A stretch of 64,000 nt of DNA from Candidatus Methylomirabilota bacterium (lineage in GTDB: Bacteria > Methylomirabilota > Methylomirabilia > Methylomirabilales > CSP1-5), in the NCBI GenBank assembly GCA_027293415.1, contig JAPUFX010000053.1, positions 14,874 through 78,873 on the forward strand, given 5' to 3'. The notes under the pieces are model-generated. The model had not been told where the DNA came from. It worked only from the letters and a program-made list of their open reading frames with translations, and made no database searches. Position 1 is the stretch's first letter, and each line of letters starts with the position of its first letter. The position numbers and the translations under genes are program-made. Shown here in pieces: positions 26,919-38,510 of this stretch.

Positions 26919-28481
26919 ATGGAGAGGAGAAACAGCATGGCGACGCGGATTCTGATCTTTGATACCACATTGCGCGACGGAGAGCAGTCGCCTGGATACA
27001 GCATGAATACTCGTGAGAAGCTGGAGCTCGCTCGACAGCTCGCCCGGCTCCGGGTTGATATTATCGAGGCGGGGTTCCCGATCGCTTCCCCGGATGATTT
27101 TGAGGCCGTCAGGGTGGTTTCTCAGAATATCCGGGACGGGATTGCCATTGCGGGACTCTGCCGGACCCGAGACCAGGACATCGATCGGGCCTGGGAGGCG
27201 CTCCAGTACGCGGAGCGTCCGCGGATCCACACCTTCATCGCTACCTCCGACATCCACATGCGATACAAGCTCAAGATGAGTCGGGAGAAGGTGCTCGAAT
27301 CGGCGGTCCGGGCTGTCAAGCGGGCGCGGGGCTATACGGATGACGTGGAGTTTTCCTGTGAGGATGCCTGTCGGACCGATCTGGACTTCCTCTGCCGGGT
27401 AGTGGAGGCAGCGATCAAGGCGGGGGCCACGACCATCAATATCCCGGATACGGTGGGATATACCATTCCGTGGGAGTATGGTGAGCGGATTCGCCATCTC
27501 ATGAATCACGTCCCCCAAATCGACCGCGTGATCGTGAGTGTCCACTGCCATGACGACCTCGGCTTGGCCGTCGCCAATTCCCTGGAAGGGGTCAGGCAAG
27601 GAGCCCGGCAGATCGAGTGCACCATCAACGGCATCGGGGAGCGGGCCGGAAACGCCTCCCTGGAAGAGACCGTCATGGGGATCAGAACTCGACGGGATAT
27701 CCTGGATGCGGAGACAGGAGTCCAGACCAACGAGATCTACAAGGCCTCGAAGCTCCTCACCACCATCACCGGCATTCCGGTCCAACCCAATAAGGCCATT
27801 GTCGGCGCCAACGCCTTTGCCCACGAAGCGGGAATCCATCAACACGGGATGCTGTCTCACGCGTTGACCTACGAGATCATGACGCCAGAGTCGGTGGGGG
27901 TGCCCCAGAGCCGTCTGGTTCTTGGCAAGCACTCGGGACGGCACGCCTTGAGCAAGCGGCTCCAGGATCTGGGCGTGGATCTCGGTGAGGAGGATCTGTC
28001 AAAGGCGTTTCAGCGATTTAAGGAGCTCTGCGACAAGAAGAAGGAGGTCTTCGACGACGATTTGTTGGCCATCGTCGAGGAACAAGTGCTGAACCTTCCC
28101 GACGTCTATACCCTGGAACATCTGCAGTTCGCCAGTGGAACCAATATGATCCCTACGGCCACGGTCCGCTTACGAAAAGAGGATGAGATCCATCAGGAGT
28201 CAGGGTGGGGGGATGGCCCGGTAGATGCGACCTTTAAGGCTATCGACCAGGTCACCGGGCTTCACCCTTCGTTGAAGGACTATGGCATCCGAGCCGTGAC
28301 TTCGGGCAAGGATGCCTTGGGGGAGGTGGTGGTCTCCATCGAGGTCGACGGACGGACCGTCATCGGCCGAGGAACCTCCACCGATGTCATCGAGGCCAGT
28401 GCGAAGGCGTATCTGAACGCCATCAACCGGGCGGTGGGGCGGAAGACGCCTCCCCAGAAAGAGGTGACAGAGGGTGTCTGA
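26919..28481 (+). CDS. leuA: 2-isopropylmalate synthase
   Basis: [25 protein letters not shown], and the C-terminal LeuA dimerisation/regulatory domain. Confidence 0.95.
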   Translation: MERRNSMATRILIFDTTLRDGEQSPGYSMNTREKLELARQLARLRVDIIEAGFPIASPDDFEAVRVVSQNIRDGIAIAGLCRTRDQDIDRAWEALQYAERPRIHTFIATSDIHMRYKLKMSREKVLESAVRAVKRARGYTDDVEFSCEDACRTDLDFLCRVVEAAIKAGATTINIPDTVGYTIPWEYGERIRHLMNHVPQIDRVIVSVHCHDDLGLAVANSLEGVRQGARQIECTINGIGERAGNASLEETVMGIRTRRDILDAETGVQTNEIYKASKLLTTITGIPVQPNKAIVGANAFAHEAGIHQHGMLSHALTYEIMTPESVGVPQSRLVLGKHSGRHALSKRLQDLGVDLGEEDLSKAFQRFKELCDKKKEVFDDDLLAIVEEQVLNLPDVYTLEHLQFASGTNMIPTATVRLRKEDEIHQESGWGDGPVDATFKAIDQVTGLHPSLKDYGIRAVTSGKDALGEVVVSIEVDGRTVIGRGTSTDVIEASAKAYLNAINRAVGRKTPPQKEVTEGV

Positions 28482-28595
28482 AGTGGGCCTTACTGGCTGT
28501 TGACGAACCAAAGGGTAATCGCGCCGGTCAACTCTTGGAGCACGGCTCCTGCCCAAAGCCAGGGCTCGAGTAGGTCCCGCGAATCCACAGGAGTA

Positions 28596-28799
28596 GCTAG
28601 CCCGCATTATTCACGAACGGAGTGTCTTCGTGAATAATGCGCCTGCAGGTGCGGGCTCGGCCGCACCGGCAGGTTTCGACAGGCCGCTCCCGCGGCCTCC
28701 TCAAGGCTAGCCCTGAGCGACGCTCCGCAAACGCGGGGCGGAGTCGAAGCCCGAAGGGCAGATTCTTTACTTCTATGTGAATAATCCGAGCTAGGGCGC
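28596..28799. other. structured GC-rich spacer element with ATTATTCAC motifs and TIR-like ends
   Basis: Perfect 14-bp-arm hairpin GCATTATTCACGAA/TTCGTGAATAATGC (28604-28640). Outer ends are CTAGCCCGCATTATTCAC and GTGAATAATCCGAGCTAG. Several internal GC hairpins. Confidence 0.4.
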
Positions 28800-28825
28800 T
28801 ACAATCTGGGACAAGAGTAGCAACC

Positions 28826-30229
28826 ATGGCTGATACGCTGCTCGAAAAAGTCTGGCAGGCCCACACGGTCCGGACGATGCCTTCGGGTCACACGCAGCTC
28901 TTCGTCGGCCTACACCTTATCCACGAGGTAACGAGCCCGCAGGCCTTCCAAATGATACGGGAGGCGGGCTTCAAGGTCCGTTTTCCGGAAAGGACCTTTG
29001 CCACGATTGATCACATTGTTCCCACCGCCTCCCAACTGCGCCCTTTCAACGATGTCCTGGCCGAGGATATGACCGTCCACCTCGTCAGGAGCTGTCAGGA
29101 CTACGGTATTCCGCTCTTCGATCTGGACAGCGGCCGGCAGGGCATCGTCCATGTTATCGGGCCGGAACTGGGTCTGACTCAACCCGGAATAATCATTGCC
29201 TGTGGCGATAGCCACACCTCCACCCACGGGGCCCTCGGGGCTCTGGCCTTCGGCATTGGCACGAGTCAGGTACGGGATGTTCTCGCAACGCAGTGCCTGG
29301 CGATTGCCAAGCCTAAACTGCGACAGATCCGAGTGGACGGTCAGCTCGCGCGCGGCGTGTACGCCAAGGACGTGATCCTTACGATTATCCAGCGGCTCGG
29401 CGTCAAGGGGGGGGTGGGCTATGCCTACGAGTATTCCGGGTCGGCAGTCGAGGCGATGTCATTGGAGGAGCGCCTTACCATCTGCAACATGAGCAGTGAG
29501 GCTGGTGCTCGGGTAGGCTACGTGAACCCCGACGAAGCGACGTTCGCATACCTCAAGGGCCGCCCCTTCGCGCCGCAGGGCGAGGCGTATGACCGTGCGG
29601 TGGCGTGGTGGAAGAGTATGGCAACAGACCCAGGCGCACCCTTCGATGACATGGTCTGCCTAGACGCCGAATCAATCCAACCCATGGTCACGTGGGGGAT
29701 CAATCCGGGTCAATCCGTAGGGGTGAATAAGCGCATCCCTCATCCGGCCGACGCGCCCGAGTCGGACCAGGCTTCCTGGACCGAGGCCTTGGCTTTTATG
29801 TCCTTCGAGCCCGGGCGGCCAATGATGGGTATCCCCATCGATGTGGCCTTCATTGGCTCTTGCACCAACGCGCGGCTCTCCGACCTGCGGACCGCCGCTG
29901 CCGTCGCCCGTGGACGGAAGGTGGCAAAGGGGGTACGCGCCCTGGTGGTGCCGGGTTCTCAGGCCGTAGCCAAGGCAGCCGAGGACGAGGGACTCCACCA
30001 GATCTTCCTTGATGCAGGATTCGAGTGGCGCAAGGCCGGCTGTTCCCTGTGCCTGGGTATGAACGAGGATAAGCTGAAAGGCCGGCAGATCTGTGCCTCC
30101 TCGAGCAACCGGAACTTCAAGGGGCGCCAGGGGAGCCCGACGGGGCGGACGCTGCTTATGAGCCCGGCTATGGTGGTCGCGGCGGCGATCGCGGGGGAGG
30201 TCGCCGATGTGAGGGAGCTACTGAAATGA
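28826..30229 (+). CDS. leuC: 3-isopropylmalate dehydratase large subunit
   Basis: Aconitase-family motifs ([33 protein letters not shown]). Confidence 0.95.
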   Translation: MADTLLEKVWQAHTVRTMPSGHTQLFVGLHLIHEVTSPQAFQMIREAGFKVRFPERTFATIDHIVPTASQLRPFNDVLAEDMTVHLVRSCQDYGIPLFDLDSGRQGIVHVIGPELGLTQPGIIIACGDSHTSTHGALGALAFGIGTSQVRDVLATQCLAIAKPKLRQIRVDGQLARGVYAKDVILTIIQRLGVKGGVGYAYEYSGSAVEAMSLEERLTICNMSSEAGARVGYVNPDEATFAYLKGRPFAPQGEAYDRAVAWWKSMATDPGAPFDDMVCLDAESIQPMVTWGINPGQSVGVNKRIPHPADAPESDQASWTEALAFMSFEPGRPMMGIPIDVAFIGSCTNARLSDLRTAAAVARGRKVAKGVRALVVPGSQAVAKAAEDEGLHQIFLDAGFEWRKAGCSLCLGMNEDKLKGRQICASSSNRNFKGRQGSPTGRTLLMSPAMVVAAAIAGEVADVRELLK

Positions 30230-30822
30230 GCCAGGTTGCTGTTCGGCAGCAGATCGTGGGCCGAGGTATCCCCCTTCCCGGCAACGACATCGACACCGAC
30301 CGGATCCTTCCTGCCCGGTTCCTGAAAAGCGTGACATTCGAGGGACTCGAGGAGCACGTCTTCGAGGATGATCGCCTCCAGGCACCCGACCACCCCTTCA
30401 ACCAATCCCGGTACGGCGGAGCTACGGTCCTGCTGGTCGGCCATAACTTCGGCTGCGGCTCATCGCGGGAGCATGCCCCGGAGGCGCTGCGGCGTTGGGG
30501 AATCCAGGGGATCGTCGGCCAGGCTTTCGCGGAGATTTTTATCGGGAATTGCACCGCCCTCGGCATCCCCTGTCTCGGGGTGGGTAGGGAGGATCTGGAA
30601 TGGTTGATGGGGACCGTGGCGCAACATCCGGAGCGGGAGATCATCCTGGACGTCGAGAACCGACAGGTGCGTGCCGGAGAGCGGGTCATCCCCGCGATGA
30701 TCCCAGACGCCCACCGCAATCAACTCTTGACGGGGACCTGGAACGCCACGCTGGTTCTCCTTGAGGCGGGAGAGGAGATTGAGCGAGTTGCCAAAAGCCT
30801 TCCTTACATGATCGGGTACTAA
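30226..30822 (+). CDS. leuD: 3-isopropylmalate dehydratase small subunit
   Basis: [15 protein letters not shown] swivel-domain motif. 4-nt overlap with leuC. Confidence 0.93.
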   Translation: MSQVAVRQQIVGRGIPLPGNDIDTDRILPARFLKSVTFEGLEEHVFEDDRLQAPDHPFNQSRYGGATVLLVGHNFGCGSSREHAPEALRRWGIQGIVGQAFAEIFIGNCTALGIPCLGVGREDLEWLMGTVAQHPEREIILDVENRQVRAGERVIPAMIPDAHRNQLLTGTWNATLVLLEAGEEIERVAKSLPYMIGY

Positions 30823-30825
30823 GGT

Positions 30826-30943
30826 GGTTCAGGGTTCAGAGTTCACGGACTGACCTGGTTCATGGTTCCCGGAAAGTAAAAAGAGGTCTATGCATCAAGA
30901 CGTGTCTTTCGTGTGAACTGAGAACCGTGAACTGTGAACTACG
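30826..30943. repeat. GTTCAGR-heptad palindromic intergenic element, copy 2
   Basis: GGTTCAGGGTTCAGAGTTCACGG faces GTGTGAACTGAGAACCGTGAACTGTGAACTACG. It starts 4 nt after the leuD stop. Confidence 0.6.
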
Positions 30944-30959
30944 ATGAAATGAGGCAGAC

Positions 30960-32006
30960 ATGGCGGGGACCGGATACAGGGTAGCAATTGCGGGAGCAAC
31001 GGGAGCAGTCGGGCAGACTATGCTCTCGATCTTGGAGGAGCGGGACTTTCCGGTGCGGAGCCTGCGACTCTTGGCGTCCGAGCGTTCGGAGGGGAAGGTC
31101 CTCACATTCCGCGGCGAGGAAGTGAAAATCGAAAGGCTGACAGAGCGCGCCTTTCAAGGAGTTGAATTGGCCCTCTTCTCTGCGGGCGCCAGCCGAAGCC
31201 AGGCCTTCGCCCCGGCAGGGGTGAGGGCGGGGGCGTTAGTGGTCGACAACAGTTCTGCCTTCCGGATGGACCCGGAAGTCCCCCTGGTCATCCCGGAAGT
31301 GAATCCCGAAGCAGCCTTCCAGCACAAGGGTCTTATCGCCAACCCCAACTGTACCACGACCGTCACCGTCATGGCCCTGAAGCCACTCCATGACGCCGCA
31401 AAGGTGAAGCGTGTCATTGCCTCGAGCTATCAAGCGGTCTCAGGGGCCGGGACGCAGGCCATTGAGGAGCTGAAACAGCAGGTCCTGGCGTGGGCGAAGG
31501 GGGAGCAGGCAGAGGCCAGGGTCTTCCCGCATCCGATTGCGTTTAACCTCATTCCTCAGGTGGATGTCTTTGAACAGAGTGGCTACAGTAGGGAAGAGAT
31601 GAAACTGGTCCATGAGACCCGAAAGCTCCTCGGGGACATGACGATAAAAATTACTGCTACCACCGTCCGGGTTCCAGTCTGGTATGCGCACTCGGTCTCA
31701 GTGACCGCGGAGACTGAGCGGAAGGTGACGGTAGGGGAGGCGCGGGATCTGTTTACGAAGTTCCCGGGACTTCACCTCTGCGACGACCCGCCGAAAGGTC
31801 AGTACCCCACACCCCTCATGGTGGTAGGGAAGGACGAGTGTTATGTGGGCCGCGTGCGGGAAGACCTGTCAAGCGAGACGGGCCTGAACTTCTGGGTTGT
31901 GGGGGACCAGCTCCGGAAGGGGGCAGCGCTCAACGCCATCCAGATCGCCGAGCTGATCCTGGGGGTGACGAAGCAGGGTGACGGCTCGTGCACAACCTCA
32001 AGCTGA
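30960..32006 (+). CDS. asd: aspartate-semialdehyde dehydrogenase
   Basis: VAIAGATGAVGQ, and NPNCTTT carrying the active-site Cys. Confidence 0.95.
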   Translation: MAGTGYRVAIAGATGAVGQTMLSILEERDFPVRSLRLLASERSEGKVLTFRGEEVKIERLTERAFQGVELALFSAGASRSQAFAPAGVRAGALVVDNSSAFRMDPEVPLVIPEVNPEAAFQHKGLIANPNCTTTVTVMALKPLHDAAKVKRVIASSYQAVSGAGTQAIEELKQQVLAWAKGEQAEARVFPHPIAFNLIPQVDVFEQSGYSREEMKLVHETRKLLGDMTIKITATTVRVPVWYAHSVSVTAETERKVTVGEARDLFTKFPGLHLCDDPPKGQYPTPLMVVGKDECYVGRVREDLSSETGLNFWVVGDQLRKGAALNAIQIAELILGVTKQGDGSCTTSS

Positions 32007-32722
32007 CCATAGAATACGACGGGACTGCCTATCATGGCTGGCAGGTCCAACCCGGATTGCCGACCATTCAGGGTATCTTGCAGGATACGGCAAAACGCAT
32101 ATCGGGCGAAGAGGTGCACATCACCGGGGCGGGCCGGACCGATGCAGGTGTCCATGCACAGGGGCAGGTGGCGAACTTCCGGACGGGAAAGGAACTCGCC
32201 CCCGACAGATGGCAGCTGGCTTTCAACAGCCTGCTCCCGCCCGATATCGTGGTGCGAAGCGTCGAGACAGCTCCTGAAGGCTTTGATGCCCGTCGGTCGG
32301 CCGAACAGAAGACCTATCGGTACGCCATCTTGAACGCCTCTCACCCCTCGGCCCTCGACCGGCATTGGCTCCTCCATGTTCCCGACCCGTTGGAGCTGGC
32401 CTCGATGGCGGAGGCCGCCGCTTACCTCCTTGGCGAGCATGACTTCTCCGCTTTCCGTGCGGCCGACGGCGACTCTCCCAATCGGGTCCGCCGAGTCTAC
32501 CACGCCTGCTTTTTTACCGAGGGGAACCGACTCGAGTTTGTGATCACGGGAGACGGCTTCCTGAAACACATGATTCGGATCGTGGTGGGGACGCTCCTTG
32601 ATGTCGGCAGAGGCAGGCTGGCCCCTGGTGCGTTTCGAGAAATCCTGCAGTCTAAAGACCGGCAACTCGCCGGTAAGACGGCACCTGCCCGCGGCTTATG
32701 TCTCATGCAGGTCACCTATTGA
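31988..32722 (+). CDS. truA: tRNA pseudouridine(38-40) synthase
   Basis: LKLTIEYDGTAYHGWQVQ and GAGRTDAGVHA carrying the catalytic Asp. Confidence 0.9.
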   Translation: MHNLKLTIEYDGTAYHGWQVQPGLPTIQGILQDTAKRISGEEVHITGAGRTDAGVHAQGQVANFRTGKELAPDRWQLAFNSLLPPDIVVRSVETAPEGFDARRSAEQKTYRYAILNASHPSALDRHWLLHVPDPLELASMAEAAAYLLGEHDFSAFRAADGDSPNRVRRVYHACFFTEGNRLEFVITGDGFLKHMIRIVVGTLLDVGRGRLAPGAFREILQSKDRQLAGKTAPARGLCLMQVTY

Positions 32723-32737
32723 GAGAAGGAGACGTCT

Positions 32738-33007
32738 GTGGCCATCACTGGTAATCCATTGTTCATGGCTCGGGAAATTGGAGACGGCTTTCACTCTCTC
32801 ACCCCTGGGGCCCTGAAGAGGTACACGCCTGCCGACGTGAAGATCATCAACAACAATCTCCAGCAGGTCCTCCGCGATGCACGGGCAGAGGTGCCTCCGC
32901 CAGGCGACGCCGACGCTATCCGAAAGAAAAACCTCCGCATGCAGCGCTTGAATCAGGCCATCATGATGCTCGCCAACTACTGCCGACAACATCGGATTCC
33001 CCTGTAA
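32738..33007 (+). CDS. hypothetical protein (89 aa)
   Basis: GAAGGAGA lies upstream of the GTG start. I recognise no motif. Confidence 0.45.
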   Translation: MAITGNPLFMAREIGDGFHSLTPGALKRYTPADVKIINNNLQQVLRDARAEVPPPGDADAIRKKNLRMQRLNQAIMMLANYCRQHRIPL

Positions 33008-33092
33008 GGATTCGTCTTGCGCCCCTCTCAACGGCGCAGGGTAGTTGCCTCCGCCGATGCATGTGACGTCTCGCAAAACCCCCACGTGAAAG

Positions 33093-34118
33093 GTGCCCGT
33101 GTCAGACGCTGCTCAAGCCATGAAGGCAATGCTTTTGGATCATCCGGCATCGGCGGCGTCCGAGCCGCTTCGGGCTGCGGAGGTGCCAGTGCCTGAACTT
33201 GGGGCTGGGCAAGTCCGTCTGCGAGTGACTCACTGTGGCGTCTGTCGGACGGACCTTCACGTTGTGGAGGGAGACCTTCCGCCGGCGAAGGCACCGGTCA
33301 TTCCAGGGCACCAGATCGTAGGAAGTGTGGAGGCGGTCGGGCCCGGCGCACGCCGGTTTCATCTGGGTGATCGACTTGGAATCGCCTGGCTGAATTGGAC
33401 CTGTCGTCGGTGTCAGTATTGCCAAGGGGGCCGGGAGAATCTCTGCGAAGCGGCACGCTTCACCGGCTACCAAACCGACGGAGGCTACGCCCAATACGCG
33501 GTTGTGGATGAGGTTTTTGCCTTCCCGATTCCGGACACCTTTTCGAACCTGGAGGCCGCGCCCCTCCTCTGTGCTGGCATCATTGGCTTTCGTTCATTGC
33601 GGCTGAGCGAGATCAGGCCAGGCGGGCGCGTGGGCCTCTACGGATTTGGAGCCTCGGCCCATATCGTCATCCAGATTGCTCGCCACTGGGGCTGCGATGT
33701 GCTGGTCTTTACTCGGGGGGAGGCCCATCAGCGACTCGCCCGGGACCTCGGGGCCAGCTGGGCGGGGAGGGCTGAGGAAACTCCACCCCATTCACTCGAT
33801 AGCGCCATCCTTTTTGCCCCGGTCGGGACCCTGGTGCCGGAGGTCTTACGCGCCTTGCGCAAAGGGGGTACCCTTGCCATCAACGCCATCCATTTAAGTC
33901 CGATCCCCGCACTGGACTACGCACAGCTTTACCACGAGCGCACCATTCGCAGCGTGACCAACTTCACTCGCCAGGACGCTGAAGATCTCTTGCGGCTCGC
34001 GGCCGAGGTGCCGGTCCGGACGGAAGTGGAGATTTTTCCGCTTCGGGACGCAAACCGAGCCCTGCAGCGGCTCAAGGCGGCCCAGCTCCGTGGGGCGGCG
34101 GTTTTGGAGATTCCCTAG
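33093..34118 (+). CDS. zinc-dependent alcohol dehydrogenase family protein
   Basis: [20 protein letters not shown] and the C..C..C structural zinc site (CRRCQYC). The start may be the ATG at 33120. Confidence 0.85.
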   Translation: MPVSDAAQAMKAMLLDHPASAASEPLRAAEVPVPELGAGQVRLRVTHCGVCRTDLHVVEGDLPPAKAPVIPGHQIVGSVEAVGPGARRFHLGDRLGIAWLNWTCRRCQYCQGGRENLCEAARFTGYQTDGGYAQYAVVDEVFAFPIPDTFSNLEAAPLLCAGIIGFRSLRLSEIRPGGRVGLYGFGASAHIVIQIARHWGCDVLVFTRGEAHQRLARDLGASWAGRAEETPPHSLDSAILFAPVGTLVPEVLRALRKGGTLAINAIHLSPIPALDYAQLYHERTIRSVTNFTRQDAEDLLRLAAEVPVRTEVEIFPLRDANRALQRLKAAQLRGAAVLEIP

Positions 34119-34294
34119 GCGGGCGCATAAGTCGGCACCCTTACGGAGAGGGGGTGCGTGTTTTCTCTCCGGGAGGAATCCGAACAGACAGTAAGCACGC
34201 CGTGACCCCAGGGCAGGGACAGGGGCGGCAGTTGCAAGACCAAATCGCGTGTGCTATCTATATACGGATATTTCAAGGAACTACGAGGATCGGG

Positions 34295-36877
34295 ATGGCA
34301 AAGCGGTACGATTTCAAGAGCATTGAGGCCAAGTGGCAGCGGATCTGGGAGGAGCGGGACGCTTTCCGGGTCACGGAGGATCCCGGGCAGCCAAAGTACT
34401 ACTGCCTGGAGATGTATCCGTATCCTTCCGGCAAGATCCACATGGGACACCTTCGAAACTACTCCATCGGAGATGTCGTTGCCCGGTACTTCCGGATGCG
34501 AGGTTATAATGTCCTTCACCCGATGGGGTGGGACTCTTTTGGACTGCCAGCGGAGAATGCGGCCATCGAACATGGCCTTCATCCTGCCACGTGGACCTCT
34601 GACAATATTGCATACATGCGAGAGCAGCTAAAGCGGATGGGCTTCTCCTATGACTGGGGGCGGGAGATCACGTGCAGTGAGCCCGACTACTACCGGTGGA
34701 ATCAATGGCTCTTTCTGAAAATGTATGCAAAGGGACTGGCCTACAAGAAACCCGCCTTCCTTAACTGGTGCGAGGAATGTCAAACGGTCCTGGCCAACGA
34801 ACAGGTGGAGGGGGGACGCTGCTGGCGCGATGAGTCAGAGGTGATTCAGAAAGAGCTCGAGCAGTGGTTCTTTAAGATCACCGCCTATACGGAGGAACTG
34901 CTCGAGGGGGTAGATCAGCTCCCCGGATGGCCCGACCGGGTCAAGACGATGCAGCGAAACTGGATCGGCAAGAGCGTCGGCGCCGAGGTGAATTTTCCGC
35001 TGCTCAACGGGGAAAGCCCCATCACCATTTTCACGACGCGACAGGATACGCTCTTCGGGGCCACCTTTATGGTATTAGCACCGGAGCATCCCCTGGCCCT
35101 GCAGCTCGGAGAGGGCAAAGCGGGCGTTCAGGCCTTCATCAAGCGGATGCGGGCGGAAGATCGGGTAGTCCGAACCGCCGCCGACACGGAAAAGGAGGGG
35201 GTTTTCACCGGTGCATATGCCATCAATCCGTTGACCGAAGAGAAAATCCCCATCTGGGTGGCCAATTTCGTCCTCCTTGAGTACGGCACCGGAGCGATTA
35301 TGGCTGTTCCCGCCCACGACCAGCGTGACTTCGAATTCGCCAAAAAATACCATCTCCCCATCCGAGTCGTGATTCAGCCAGAGGAGGAAGGCCTCGCCGC
35401 GGAGGCTTTGGCAAAGGCCTATCAAGATGAAGGGGTGATGGTAAATTCCGGCCCATTTAATAGCCTGCCAAGCCCGGAAGGACGTGAGGCCGTGGTTCGG
35501 TTTCTGGAGGAACGGGGAATTGGCAAAGGGGCGGTGAACTATCGGCTGCGCGACTGGGGAATCTCCAGACAGAGGTACTGGGGGACGCCGATTCCAATTA
35601 TTTACTGCGACCAATGCGGCACCGTCCCGGTCCCGTATGACGACCTTCCGGTGCTGCTCCCGAAAGATGTGGAGATCAGCATGAAGGGTGGTTCTCCGCT
35701 TGCGAAAGTCGAGAGTTTCGTGAATGTGCGGTGTCCGACGTGCCGGGGGCCGGCCCGAAGAGAGACCGATACGATGGATACCTTTGTCGATTCATCCTGG
35801 TACTTTCTCCGGTTTTGCAATCCGCACGCCCGGGACCGGGCCGTGGATGAGCTGAAGGTAGCCTACTGGATGCCCGTCGACCAATACATCGGGGGTATTG
35901 AACACGCCGTCCTTCATCTGCTGTATGCCCGGTTCTTCACCAAGGTGGTCCGGGATCTGGGCTTGATCCCACACAGTGAACCATTTGTGAACCTGCTGAC
36001 TCAGGGGATGGTCTGCAAGGAAACCTACCGGTGTCCCACGCATGGGTTCCGCTTCCCTCAAGAGATAGACCCGCAGGGTCGCTGTACCGAGTGTGCTCAC
36101 CCGGTTGAGATCGGCCGGACCGAGAAAATGTCCAAGTCGCGCAAGAACGTGGTGGACCCGGACGACCTCTTAAAGCGGTATGGCGCGGATACGGCCCGTC
36201 TCTTTTCCCTCTTTGCCGCACCCCCGGAGAAGGACCTGGAATGGTCCGACAAAGGGGTGGAGGGGGCCTTCCGGTTCCTGAATCGGGTCTATCGGTTGGT
36301 CGACGGCTGGGCGGACGAACTGTCCCGTCCGGCGGCGCCTATTTCCTTCAACGATCTCACCGTCGGCCGGGCAGTGCACCAGAAGGCCCACCTGACGATC
36401 AAGAAAGTGACCGAAGATCTCGACCGGGATTTTCACTTCAACACGGCCATCGCGGCCCTTATGGAATTGGTTAATGTCCTGGGGCAATTTGAGCTTCGCG
36501 GCGATCCCGCGGAGGAGGCGGAACGGCGGTACGTGGCCCGTTTTGCCGTGGAGACCTTGCTCGTGCTCCTGGCCCCATTCGCCCCGCACCTGGCGGAGGA
36601 ACTCTGGGAGCACCTCGGACACGGCTCGAGTATCTTTGCGGAGTCGTGGCCCGCCTACGATGCCGCGGTGATTGAACGAGAGGAGATTCTGGTGGTGGTC
36701 CAGGTGGATGGGAAACTGCGGAGCCGGATTTTCCTCCCCGCGCGTGCGGAGGAGGAAGAGCTCCGCACAGCGGCACTGCAAGACAGCCGGGTCCAGACGT
36801 GGCTGCAGGGTAGGCAGGTGAAGCGCGTCGTCGTGGTTCCCAAGAAACTGGTCAACATCGTCACCGCCCGGTCGTAG
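34295..36877 (+). CDS. leuS: leucine--tRNA ligase
   Basis: [15 protein letters not shown] start, HMGH (HIGH) and KMSKS motifs. Confidence 0.97.
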   Translation: MAKRYDFKSIEAKWQRIWEERDAFRVTEDPGQPKYYCLEMYPYPSGKIHMGHLRNYSIGDVVARYFRMRGYNVLHPMGWDSFGLPAENAAIEHGLHPATWTSDNIAYMREQLKRMGFSYDWGREITCSEPDYYRWNQWLFLKMYAKGLAYKKPAFLNWCEECQTVLANEQVEGGRCWRDESEVIQKELEQWFFKITAYTEELLEGVDQLPGWPDRVKTMQRNWIGKSVGAEVNFPLLNGESPITIFTTRQDTLFGATFMVLAPEHPLALQLGEGKAGVQAFIKRMRAEDRVVRTAADTEKEGVFTGAYAINPLTEEKIPIWVANFVLLEYGTGAIMAVPAHDQRDFEFAKKYHLPIRVVIQPEEEGLAAEALAKAYQDEGVMVNSGPFNSLPSPEGREAVVRFLEERGIGKGAVNYRLRDWGISRQRYWGTPIPIIYCDQCGTVPVPYDDLPVLLPKDVEISMKGGSPLAKVESFVNVRCPTCRGPARRETDTMDTFVDSSWYFLRFCNPHARDRAVDELKVAYWMPVDQYIGGIEHAVLHLLYARFFTKVVRDLGLIPHSEPFVNLLTQGMVCKETYRCPTHGFRFPQEIDPQGRCTECAHPVEIGRTEKMSKSRKNVVDPDDLLKRYGADTARLFSLFAAPPEKDLEWSDKGVEGAFRFLNRVYRLVDGWADELSRPAAPISFNDLTVGRAVHQKAHLTIKKVTEDLDRDFHFNTAIAALMELVNVLGQFELRGDPAEEAERRYVARFAVETLLVLLAPFAPHLAEELWEHLGHGSSIFAESWPAYDAAVIEREEILVVVQVDGKLRSRIFLPARAEEEELRTAALQDSRVQTWLQGRQVKRVVVVPKKLVNIVTARS

Positions 36878-36981
36878 CCAGCAATTGGCTTTTCGGAAAT
36901 TATCTGCCAGTGATCAACGTTGAGTAATTGGCTCGCAGCACTTCATTTGAGCTGTGTGCTGAGAGCCAGAGCAGAGATCTG

Positions 36982-37491
36982 GTGAACAAGAGGGTGGTTT
37001 CGATTGGGCTTTTGCTTTTGGCGGCAACGGTGTGCGGATGCGGCTATCGCGGCCAGCTCGGCCTACCAGATGACCTCAAGCGGATCCATCTGGACATCAA
37101 CAACCCAGGAACCTCTCGTCCCGGAATGGAGGCCGAGGTCAGGCATGCCCTCACCCAAGGCATCCTGAGTGCCGGGGGACAGGTGGTGGCGGAGAAGTCT
37201 CAGGCGGACGTCACGATCAAGGGTGCGATCACCTCCCTCAGGGAAAACCCCGTGGCCTTCGATGCCCAGGACATCGCCACACGGTTTCGTACGGTGGTCG
37301 TCCTCGACGTCGAGGTGATTCAGCGGAGCGGCAAGGTGGAACTGGCAAAAGAGCAGATCTCGGGAGAGGCGTACTATTCTGCCCCTTCTGGGATCACCGG
37401 GACCGAGGTGGCGGCAAATGATGCGATCCGTCGGGCCCTTCGTGATCTTGCCGACAAGGTTGTTACAAGGGTAGCCGAACCTTTATTCTGA
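36982..37491 (+). CDS. lptE: LPS-assembly lipoprotein LptE-like
   Basis: Signal plus Cys region VVSIGLLLLAATVCGCG. Its position between leuS and holA is the conserved leuS-lptE-holA synteny. Sequence similarity itself is weak. Confidence 0.6.
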   Translation: MNKRVVSIGLLLLAATVCGCGYRGQLGLPDDLKRIHLDINNPGTSRPGMEAEVRHALTQGILSAGGQVVAEKSQADVTIKGAITSLRENPVAFDAQDIATRFRTVVVLDVEVIQRSGKVELAKEQISGEAYYSAPSGITGTEVAANDAIRRALRDLADKVVTRVAEPLF

Positions 37492-37500
37492 GGGACGACA

Positions 37501-38502
37501 CTGTTCGAGCCAATCCTCCAAGCTGTAAGCCGGGGCCAGGTAGCTCCCATCTATCTCCTCTTGGGTGAGGAGATCCTCCTTCGTCAAGAGTTCCTTTCTC
37601 GACTCCTGAAAGCCCTCCTCCCTCCAGGAATGGAAGCGCTAAACCTGGAAATCATCTCGGGATATGAGGCAGCCGGGGCAGACGTTACTGCACGGTGCCG
37701 AATCGTCCCGGCGTTCTCCCCACGACGGGTCGTCATGCTGAAAGATGCGGACCGCCTCCGCATGGAGGCGTGGAAGGGAATCTTGGCCTATCTCGAAGTC
37801 CCATCGCCCACCACCTGCCTCATTTGTATTGCTGACAGGTTAGACCAGCGGAATCCCGCAGTGCAGCAAATAGAGCGAACTGGGAAGATCCTTCGGTTTG
37901 CCGCTCCGAAGTCAGAGGAAGAACGTCAACGATGGTGTCAGCGCTGGATAAGGGAGCGGGCCCAACAGCAGGGGAAATCTCTAAGCCTGGAAGCAGAATT
38001 ACTGCTCTTGAACCTTCAAGGTTCGGATCTTCTGCGCCTGGGTCAGGAGGTGGACAAGCTCTGCATTTTCGTGGGGGAGCGGCGTGATATCAATCTCGAG
38101 GCAGTCGAGGCCCTTGTCGGCGAAGGGAGGGTACGGAAGATCTTTGAGCTCACCCGAGCCGTCAGCCGCAGGGATCTGCAAGCAGCTTTGTCCTGCCTTC
38201 GGAGGTTGCTAGAAGGGGGGGAAGACCCGCTCGGAATCCTCGGGATGCTCGCGCGTCAAGTTCGCCTGCTCCTGCGGGCCAAGGAACTCATCGTCCAGTC
38301 CCGCCCTCCTGCCGAGATCAGCCGGCTGCTGGGGATCCCACGACAGTTTGTTTCAGAGATCCTTGACGGGGCCAGAATCTCATCCCTGCCGCACCTGGAG
38401 CAAGGACTTGTCCGCCTTCTGGACCTGGACCGGGTGCTCAAATCCTGGGGGAGAGGCCAATTACTCTATCTGGAATTGGCGATTATCGATTTGTGCGGAT
38501 GA
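37501..38502 (+). CDS. holA: DNA polymerase III delta subunit
   Basis: The PIYLLLGEE motif needs about 20 residues upstream of the TTG at 37561. The only candidate start after the in-frame stop at 37489 is CTG at 37501, preceded by GAGGGA. Confidence 0.75.
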   Translation: MFEPILQAVSRGQVAPIYLLLGEEILLRQEFLSRLLKALLPPGMEALNLEIISGYEAAGADVTARCRIVPAFSPRRVVMLKDADRLRMEAWKGILAYLEVPSPTTCLICIADRLDQRNPAVQQIERTGKILRFAAPKSEEERQRWCQRWIRERAQQQGKSLSLEAELLLLNLQGSDLLRLGQEVDKLCIFVGERRDINLEAVEALVGEGRVRKIFELTRAVSRRDLQAALSCLRRLLEGGEDPLGILGMLARQVRLLLRAKELIVQSRPPAEISRLLGIPRQFVSEILDGARISSLPHLEQGLVRLLDLDRVLKSWGRGQLLYLELAIIDLCG

Positions 38503-38510
38503 AGTTGCAA

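Noticed and set aside
25991-27004. 337-aa ORF on the - strand
   Set aside because: Antisense to pssA, with low-complexity His/Arg/Asp-rich translation.
26796-27944. 382-aa ORF on the - strand
   Set aside because: Antisense to leuA, with no recognisable domain. Shadow ORF.
28482-28825. T-box or leucine leader-peptide attenuator between leuA and leuC
   Set aside because: There is no T-box consensus (AGGGTGGTACCGCG-like), no specifier-type architecture and no Leu-rich mini-ORF. It is kept as an unexplained structured element instead.
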